From positions 124,001 through 188,000 of the IMG/VR virus record IMGVR_UViG_3300008448_000001: a stretch of DNA of 64,000 nucleotides. The stretch is one strand, 5' to 3'. Positions 57,212-64,000 of this stretch are shown piece after piece. The notes below the pieces were generated by a model. It made no database searches. It had not been told where the DNA came from and saw only the letters and a list, made by a program, of their open reading frames with translations. The first letter of the stretch is position 1. Each line of letters opens with the position of its first letter. The position numbers and the translations under genes were made by a program.

Positions 57212-58110
57212 AACAGGGAAACACGAAACTTGGTAAATTGATTTGGCAATGGAGCTTAATCGCCGGCCTGGCGGCTATCTGTATTGGTGCTACGTCCGCC
57301 TGCCTGGAAGTTTGCTACGCTATGCGAAGCCACTACAGGTACAAAACGGTTCAAGACAGCCTCTACAAAAATTATGAGCTGTCGCTAACCGACTTTTTTG
57401 TCGGTTTCATACTAGGTTGTTTGTTTCTCTTCAAAATTCGGATCGCCCGCATACACGCCTCCGGAGATTTCTATAGTCCGGAGTATGTTGGAAAGTGGAC
57501 GGAAATTGCGCAGCGTAGGCCTGACGTTACATTTTACGCCTACACTCGCAGCTGGCGAAACCGGGACGGCAGTTTAAACGAGCCGATGTTGCAAGCGTTC
57601 ACCACTTTGGCTGCGTTACCAAACGTACGCCTGTGGTACTCTTGCGACAAGAACACCGGAGAACCGCCATTGACTTCGCATGTTATGCGATGCTACCTGC
57701 AGGGCAACGACGAAGACATACCGAACTACGATGTCGATCTCTTTTTCCGAAATTCGCGAAAGAGTATCGTCAAACGGGTTAAGGGTAAGATAGTCTGCCC
57801 CGTGGAAAACGGTGCTACGTCGACAACATGTAGTGCTTGTAAGTTGTGTTACACTCCGGTCTTGTTACACCGGATAAACGCAAAAGTTGTCAAAAGTAAC
57901 TCGGATATCGGTTCAAGCGGTTTAACCGATTCCGTCTTTTCAAGCGACCGCAAATATAAACAGAAATTTAAACAGGAAGAAACTGAGAATGAAAACTGCA
58001 TATCTGACAAACAACTATCGCGCAAATCGCCCAAGCCGAAAAGCCGTCGGAAATACGGAAAACCAAAGTCCGCGAAATCCAGGCGTCCGCGTCTATTCGC
58101 TGGACGGTAA
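57208..58110 (+). CDS. Phage Gp88-like (radical-SAM-like) protein
   Basis: GNTKLG, CIGATSACLEVCYA, RIHASGDFYS, FYAYTRSW, C-terminal CP...CSACKLC. Confidence 0.7.
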   Translation: MKQGNTKLGKLIWQWSLIAGLAAICIGATSACLEVCYAMRSHYRYKTVQDSLYKNYELSLTDFFVGFILGCLFLFKIRIARIHASGDFYSPEYVGKWTEIAQRRPDVTFYAYTRSWRNRDGSLNEPMLQAFTTLAALPNVRLWYSCDKNTGEPPLTSHVMRCYLQGNDEDIPNYDVDLFFRNSRKSIVKRVKGKIVCPVENGATSTTCSACKLCYTPVLLHRINAKVVKSNSDIGSSGLTDSVFSSDRKYKQKFKQEETENENCISDKQLSRKSPKPKSRRKYGKPKSAKSRRPRLFAGR

Positions 58111-58516
58111 GCTGATTGCCGTTTACGGCCAGGCTAACCACTGGTGGGCGGAAGAGGTTCGCGCAAAGTACTACGACGAGAACGGTAGACTCGGCACAAT
58201 GGCCGAGGCTGAGCTCGCACGCTGGAAGTACATGGCAGAACTTGTTGACCTACCTCGTCGTACGCCTTTAAACGAGGCCGAGCCGCAAGATTCGCAAATA
58301 CCCTACGCTATTCGACTACTCTGGGGCATCCGCAACTCCGACGATTTGAAAGTAGCCCTCTCGAGTCATCGTTGCGGACAGTGCGAAGATTGCCGAAAAT
58401 TCGGCGACACGGGTAGCAACTGCGAAGACCGTAAACTTCTACGGGCGGTAGCGATCGAGCACGGCTTCAAGCCCGCAGGTGTCCGTGCTCGACCCAAGTC
58501 GCTCATTCGACGCTAG
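57989..58516 (+). CDS. Hypothetical protein with Zn-binding Cys cluster
   Basis: HRCGQCEDC...C; converges on the - strand gene. Confidence 0.5.
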   Translation: MKTAYLTNNYRANRPSRKAVGNTENQSPRNPGVRVYSLDGKLIAVYGQANHWWAEEVRAKYYDENGRLGTMAEAELARWKYMAELVDLPRRTPLNEAEPQDSQIPYAIRLLWGIRNSDDLKVALSSHRCGQCEDCRKFGDTGSNCEDRKLLRAVAIEHGFKPAGVRARPKSLIRR

Positions 58517-59676
58517 TAAGCGGCGGCTGCTTTCTCTAAATCCACATCCGCCAAAGGGCTGCTTGCGACTTTCGACCGGGCGGGAAACTGCCCGGCGGAT
58601 TTCAAAAGCTTTTCAAGCAGTTCTGCGTCTGGTTTGGGTAACGTGTGAGCGATAGCCGCCAGTTTTTCTGGATCAACTTCCAAGCCGACACATGACTCTT
58701 TTGCGAATTCATCGCCCATGAATTCCACGAGGTCTTGCCTTGCCAGTTTTGCAAGTTGATCCTTCCCGTAAACGTTTCCTGTCTGCAGTTCGCACATTTC
58801 GTCGCAAGCTGCAGCCGCTTTGGAGAATGAAACCGCGAAAACGATATCCTCTGGCCGAGGTATTGATTCCGTGTACTTTCCTTTTAACCCGATGGCGTAA
58901 TCCATCTCGTCGATAGTTGCCGCGAGCTTTAACGCTGTGTCTCGGTCGAGAAACAACTCGGGCCGCTCGTTGATTACCTCGGCTAACTTCTCAATGCGGT
59001 CACGGTGCGTTCCGTTCTTGGCGAGCATCGCGCGTGCGTACAAGGCGCTCTGCACTTTCGGCAGATCCGGAAGACCGTAACCGGCTTGCTTTTCAAGTCG
59101 GTCCGCTATGGCATTCCCAAGAGCGACTCCGCAAGCCGCAGCTTTAGTCAGAATCTTTCCCGCCACGATGCAACGATCTTCAAAAATAAAATTGTCCTTA
59201 TTTTCATCGAGCCAGGCTGCTGCGGCTTTGATCTCGTCCGCATCGGTCAGCGGGTAATGTCTTTCAACAATGAAGTCCTTCCCCTGCTTTGTTTTGTAAA
59301 CGTATGCGTAGTCGCTGTCGTCCAGCGACGGCAACGCAACTTCTTTGCTGAGAACTTTGTCGCAATCGGCTTTAACTCCGTGGTAAGCAGCCGCCTTTTT
59401 CAGGTTTTCTTCGATCCTTTTCTGCTCCTTGGAACTGAACGAAGCACGCTTAAACTGAAAATAAGCCGAGGAAAGCCAAGTTGCAGCCGCCGTATGACAA
59501 GGGTACCTTAAACTATGTGGGTAATCCGCATACGCAGTTTTCGCTATGTATGCAGTGTTCGCCACCGTGTCCATTTCTGCTGCCTTGACGAAGTCCGGAA
59601 GTTCGAAAGTCTCTGCGACCTTGATCAAGCCAGATTTGTTTTTATCGTTGGTCGGGTCAAGTACAGGGTAAGTCAT
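58513..59676 (-). CDS. Hypothetical protein, possibly head-assembly related
   Basis: 387 aa ORF from ATG 59676; strongly enriched in K-x-A. Confidence 0.7.
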   Translation of the reverse strand: MTYPVLDPTNDKNKSGLIKVAETFELPDFVKAAEMDTVANTAYIAKTAYADYPHSLRYPCHTAAATWLSSAYFQFKRASFSSKEQKRIEENLKKAAAYHGVKADCDKVLSKEVALPSLDDSDYAYVYKTKQGKDFIVERHYPLTDADEIKAAAAWLDENKDNFIFEDRCIVAGKILTKAAACGVALGNAIADRLEKQAGYGLPDLPKVQSALYARAMLAKNGTHRDRIEKLAEVINERPELFLDRDTALKLAATIDEMDYAIGLKGKYTESIPRPEDIVFAVSFSKAAAACDEMCELQTGNVYGKDQLAKLARQDLVEFMGDEFAKESCVGLEVDPEKLAAIAHTLPKPDAELLEKLLKSAGQFPARSKVASSPLADVDLEKAAAAY

Positions 59677-59677
59677 C

Positions 59678-61912
59678 GTGTCTAGTCTCCTCGACATTCA
59701 CTCCAGTTTAACGTATTCCGTGATAGCCCCCTACATAGGGCTAGAGCCTTTTGACATATACACGGCTGCGGGAAAGTGCCCGTATTGCGGTGAAAACGCT
59801 TGGAACATATACCAAGATAGCAGATATCTGGAAGAATCGCACTACTGTTCTGACTGCAAAAAAGCCGGGACCGTGCTGAGTCTTGCGGCTTCTCGGCTTA
59901 AAATGTCTCAAGTTGAGACGATCAAGTATTTGTACACCAAGCTTGAGTACCGGGTACCCGAAAAGTTTGTAGTGGATTTTGATCGGGTGCAGAACCGGCA
60001 AGAACGCGTTAACCACATCTGGCACACCGCGCAAAACGAGATGATGAAGCCGACTGCACCAGGGATGGAGCTCCTGCATTATTACGGTTTGCGACCAGAT
60101 CGCATGAGCCGTGAACGCTTTTTAGCCGGTCCCGGTTCGCTTTTCGGAACGATAACCGGTAGCGAGATCCGGAAACTTTTCCTCGAGCCGCAATTTAGAA
60201 CACACAAACGCGCAATACTTGTCGTCCCTTGCTACAGGAACCCGAAAGACATCGGCTACGTGACGCTCACCACGCAAGACGGCGAGATCGCACCGGGCGT
60301 CAAACTGTGCATCAGCGACATTGCCTTCTCGGGGCTTCAGCTTCTGCACCGTTTCCAGGCTCCTTTCGTAATCGTCACGTCGATGATGACGAATTATTTG
60401 CAGCTGCAAAACATGAATTTTACGACAAGCGACGTGCCTTTACCGCTTTTTGGCTGGACAAAACCGGCAAGGTCTTTTTGTAAGTCACAATGGTGCATCG
60501 CTGAAGGTAAGTTACCTATCTTTTGGGAAAAGTACCCTACTCCCATAATTCTGCACCAGGCGATGATGCTCGGCGCCAAATTGTCTTTTGTGGGACCGGA
60601 ACAGCTTCGGAGGCAGAACGGGCAAGCGTCACGCGAGAATTGGAACAGTTGGCTTCGGCACGACCCGCCAGCGGAGATAGTTCGACGAATCGCCAGCAAC
60701 GCCAAGCCCTATGAAAAAGCCTTGTCGGATTGGCTGAAAACCGCATCGCACGACAAAAAAGCCCAGCTGATGGCCGACTGTGACAACTACGGCGAAAGCG
60801 TTTCGAAGTTAGTCCGGTCGCACCTGGATCCAAACTTCAAATCCTCTTTCTCTCGTCGTGTGAATGTTCCAACGCGACACGGTGCCGGTAACCGGTTTAC
60901 GCACGGACACACTGTCGTCATCGAGCGAGACGGTAAGTGGTTCAACCTGCAGAATGTCGTCAAGTTTCCAGGGACGCTTCGCGTAAGTCACGTGGTGGTG
61001 CGACCTGACGGCGAAAAAGAACACGTTGGCGTTTTTAGAATAAACGGGAGTGAAATACCTTTTCGCGTCGAGGAAAGGAAGGGCTCGCTTCGCTATTTTG
61101 TTGAGCTGGCGCTTTCCAACGAGATACCCGTTTTTTTACCGCACGAAGCCCCGTTATGGACAACTAAAGCTTGCGAAAGCTTCGAACCGTTGGCGGTGGC
61201 TTGCCGCATCGAAGAACCGCAAATCGTGAAAGGACTGGAACGCATCGGGTGGGATCCGGAGGGCTTTCAGTTGTACGGAACAAAGGTCGTTAAGGGCGTC
61301 TTCAAGACAACGGCACCTTACACCTTCTCCGATGCAGTACCCGGTCCGCGACAGAGTTACTGCAAGCTGACAGAGGACGTGCAGGAATCACTGCAGAAGT
61401 CGGGCCCTGAGATGGAAATAGTCTGGGCGACAGCCATGGCTGTTTGTGCACAGATAACGGCCAGCGTTGGCAAGAAAACTCCGCACGGCGTAGCAATTAC
61501 GCGAACGGAATACGACTCGTTTCTGCACCAGCTATTCGTCCGCTTTGACCTGCGAGAAGGGCCCGCGGGTCTGTGGAAACACCATTGGCCGCGTAAAGTG
61601 GAGAAGTTGAGCGTAGCTGTTAAAAAGTGTGCCGACAACTATTTTGTGGCTTTTAACGACAAGCCCGGGGCGTCGGAAGTTGTCGAGGTGGCTGCAGAAG
61701 ACGAGAACCTTGAGGCTCGCCTGTTGTCGCACAGTGCGGACAAGATAGCGATGAATTACTTGAAGCACTTTACCCGGCAAGAACCGCCTAAGGGGGTTCG
61801 ACTGTACAAAGGGTGGTTGGAACTTACTCGCAAGCTTTTCGGCGAATTGTTTGACTTTGTACCTGCTGAGATGCTAGACAGAGCCTATCGTAGGCTAAAA
61901 GTGAACTCCTAG
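59678..61912 (+). CDS. Primase-like protein with N-terminal Zn ribbon
   Basis: KCPYC...HYCSDCKKAGTVLSL resembles the DnaG zinc-binding domain; TOPRIM acidic motifs not evident. Confidence 0.5.
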   Translation: MSSLLDIHSSLTYSVIAPYIGLEPFDIYTAAGKCPYCGENAWNIYQDSRYLEESHYCSDCKKAGTVLSLAASRLKMSQVETIKYLYTKLEYRVPEKFVVDFDRVQNRQERVNHIWHTAQNEMMKPTAPGMELLHYYGLRPDRMSRERFLAGPGSLFGTITGSEIRKLFLEPQFRTHKRAILVVPCYRNPKDIGYVTLTTQDGEIAPGVKLCISDIAFSGLQLLHRFQAPFVIVTSMMTNYLQLQNMNFTTSDVPLPLFGWTKPARSFCKSQWCIAEGKLPIFWEKYPTPIILHQAMMLGAKLSFVGPEQLRRQNGQASRENWNSWLRHDPPAEIVRRIASNAKPYEKALSDWLKTASHDKKAQLMADCDNYGESVSKLVRSHLDPNFKSSFSRRVNVPTRHGAGNRFTHGHTVVIERDGKWFNLQNVVKFPGTLRVSHVVVRPDGEKEHVGVFRINGSEIPFRVEERKGSLRYFVELALSNEIPVFLPHEAPLWTTKACESFEPLAVACRIEEPQIVKGLERIGWDPEGFQLYGTKVVKGVFKTTAPYTFSDAVPGPRQSYCKLTEDVQESLQKSGPEMEIVWATAMAVCAQITASVGKKTPHGVAITRTEYDSFLHQLFVRFDLREGPAGLWKHHWPRKVEKLSVAVKKCADNYFVAFNDKPGASEVVEVAAEDENLEARLLSHSADKIAMNYLKHFTRQEPPKGVRLYKGWLELTRKLFGELFDFVPAEMLDRAYRRLKVNS

Positions 61913-61950
61913 TCGCGTGAAAATTCGATAAGCCGCAAGCGAGGATATCG

Positions 61951-63918
61951 CTAGTACCAGTCCATGTCGCGAACACCCTGTGTCGAAGCTACCACGTCCT
62001 CGCTTAGTGTTATGTCCTTGTAGGCAGAAAGGTCCGGAAATCTTCCGGCCATTTGGAACAGCATCATGGAACCCATCGTGACGGCTTGCGCGAAATCGTC
62101 GGGACCGGCAGGGTCTCGCAGAATCTTATAAGTGTCACGACCGGAAGCCGACTCGCTTTTGTCTTCTATGAGGTTCAAAAAGTCGTGAAGCAATCCGACG
62201 TCGTCCGAACCACGGTAATCGTATTCAAAGAACCGCAACACCCCGCTTTTCACGAACTGGCAGCAGTAGTTTAACGCTCTGTTACGGTCCATCGCATAAT
62301 GCGCACGCGGATGCTTTCCGGTTGCAGGCTTGAAAATGATCAAACCACCCTTAGCCGGGCCAGTGTATGCCACGGGCAAAATACGATCACGGGGTAACCC
62401 TTCTTGGACAAGCAGTGTCTCGCGGACGGTACCTGCCCCAGTGTAATCGTGCACGACGTGCGAGCAGCGGAAGGCCGACATGATGTTCAGGATCAAGCGA
62501 GCCTCCCTCTCGTGTTCGTGCGGATGCAAGCTGCGGTAACCGTAGATAATGTCAACCCGCCCGTCCGGGCAAAGTCCGCACACGGCTATCGAGGTGTAAG
62601 ACTGCAGAGCAAGGTCGCTCTTACCGTTGCTTACGCCGCCTCCGCCCCAGTCGACCGAAACAAAACGATACAGGTAGCTGTCGATGTTCGTCTTCGCCGT
62701 TTCAAGTGAGTTTCTCCAAGGTAAGCAGGCGGCACGCTTGAGGTCTGTGATGGTGACAAGTTTACTGCCACTGTCCCACGACTCGCCGCACACCTCGTTG
62801 TAAAAAACGTGAATCGGCGTGTTTCCTTTACCGTCCCGCTTGTCGACCAGCGTTTGCCACTTTTCGCGGTTCGCGTAGTGCATAGGCATGATGATCTGCG
62901 GCACGTGGTAGCCTGCAAAACTCCAGCGTTTGTCACCGTAGCGATGCAACCATCGACCCGTTCCACCTTGATAGGCAGGCCTAGGATTTATAGGTTTTGT
63001 GCACTTAGCACAGCTGACTCCCGGAGCCGTTTCGCTGATATCATCCCGGACGGGCCCTATCATTTTGAGTAAGTCATACTCGAGCGAAGGTATGTTCCAG
63101 TGGCCGCAACCTCCGTGCGGACACTTTATAATCCACTCGGCCATGGAGCTATCGATCCAAAGTCTTTCGATCGTGTTGTCAAGCGTCTTTGGAGTTCCCG
63201 CGTACTGCTTGATACCCCAGCTACGCGAAGCCGAAATGGTTTCGTGGATGATCGGTAAAAACGAAATATCCATGTCCTGGATTTCATCGATACAATTCTT
63301 GTCGGCGGAGATACCACGTGTTCTTTCCGCGTCGAGGTACGCGAAAGAGAAAAGCATTTGCGACCGGTTTTTAAACGATCGTTGCAGCACGTTGTTCACC
63401 GTTTTCTCATCGGTGAACAACTTGCCGACGGGGCTGGTTTCAATGAAAGGGGCGACGTAGTTCTGCGAAAAACGCCGAATCATTTCGAACAACGGCGTAA
63501 GGAAAAGCGTGCTAAAATACGGAATACAGTTTGAGAAGAGGACGCCTTGTGCTGCCAGCGACGTGCTTTTAGACACTTGTCGCCCGGTCTTCAGCAGCGT
63601 TGTCCTTGCCATTCTAGTCCTAAAGAAAGGAGCGAAAGGAAAGTGATCGTGTAAATGATAAGGCTTGCCACGGATGGAAAGCAGCAGCGGCAGCAACGGC
63701 TGAAGCGTCGGATAACCTGACGACCTGAGCATAAAAGCTGCCAAGTGAAGTCTACGATCCAGCTGGTTTTTTAACGCTGGCGATTTGTAGCCCATTTCCT
63801 GGGCGACAGCGGTCAGCCTGTTTTCGCTGATTATGTACGGGTCGTGTGCCTGTTCTTCCGCCAAAACCTGGCTGGAAGTTTTTCTGGCGTTTTTGATTTG
63901 ATCGTAGGAGGATGTCAT
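61951..63918 (-). CDS. terL: Terminase large subunit (GpA-like)
   Basis: KTGRQVSKST Walker A, CIDEIQD Walker B, GTPKT motif, Zn-binding Cys pairs, nuclease VDWGGG and DDFAQA. Confidence 0.88.
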   Translation of the reverse strand: MTSSYDQIKNARKTSSQVLAEEQAHDPYIISENRLTAVAQEMGYKSPALKNQLDRRLHLAAFMLRSSGYPTLQPLLPLLLSIRGKPYHLHDHFPFAPFFRTRMARTTLLKTGRQVSKSTSLAAQGVLFSNCIPYFSTLFLTPLFEMIRRFSQNYVAPFIETSPVGKLFTDEKTVNNVLQRSFKNRSQMLFSFAYLDAERTRGISADKNCIDEIQDMDISFLPIIHETISASRSWGIKQYAGTPKTLDNTIERLWIDSSMAEWIIKCPHGGCGHWNIPSLEYDLLKMIGPVRDDISETAPGVSCAKCTKPINPRPAYQGGTGRWLHRYGDKRWSFAGYHVPQIIMPMHYANREKWQTLVDKRDGKGNTPIHVFYNEVCGESWDSGSKLVTITDLKRAACLPWRNSLETAKTNIDSYLYRFVSVDWGGGGVSNGKSDLALQSYTSIAVCGLCPDGRVDIIYGYRSLHPHEHEREARLILNIMSAFRCSHVVHDYTGAGTVRETLLVQEGLPRDRILPVAYTGPAKGGLIIFKPATGKHPRAHYAMDRNRALNYCCQFVKSGVLRFFEYDYRGSDDVGLLHDFLNLIEDKSESASGRDTYKILRDPAGPDDFAQAVTMGSMMLFQMAGRFPDLSAYKDITLSEDVVASTQGVRDMDWY

Positions 63919-64000
63919 CTTGAAGTTAAGCGATACTGTGTTTGACTTACTGTCTCTCACAGCCAAGAGTATAATCGGAGTAGCGGCCCTAACCGCCAAG

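Larger units (their letters stand above)
1..64000. mobile_element. Segment of a large contractile-tailed (myovirus-type) phage genome
   Basis: Sheath, tube, tape measure, baseplate J/gp25 and terminase large subunit present; dense co-oriented gene packing; no host housekeeping operons. Confidence 0.93.

Noticed and set aside
1-64000. Stop-codon reassignment
   Set aside because: Genes tile densely under the standard code and TAA, TAG and TGA all end genes

Overview
The window is a 64 kb segment of a large tailed dsDNA phage (or prophage) with a contractile tail. Positions 1-42 kb form one + strand virion cluster: neck proteins, tail sheath, tube, gp5-like spike, a frameshifting tail chaperone, tape measure, baseplate hub/gp25/J/wedge, five paralogous Cys-rich proteins, a collagen fibre and two glycosyltransferase genes. 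A sigma-70-type sigma factor and a protease/membrane cassette are inserted in it; the cassette carries a matrix metalloprotease with a cysteine switch, a papain-like peptidase and a lipoprotein. Positions 42-58 kb are accessory: a ~850 nt highly structured non-coding region, tandem pentapeptide-repeat genes, a tRNA(CAT), a CsrA-like gene, a second ~900 nt ncRNA island with three anticodon-less tRNA-like elements, and a Ycf46-type AAA/DUF1257/DUF2997 module. The window ends with a primase-like gene and a - strand terminase large subunit. Several small secreted proteins suggest a Planctomycetota host (inference). The best candidates for an undescribed system are the two ncRNA islands (with the adjacent CsrA-like gene) and the protease cassette, possibly paired with the collagen fibre. 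All product calls come from motifs and gene order read by eye; no database searches were run.
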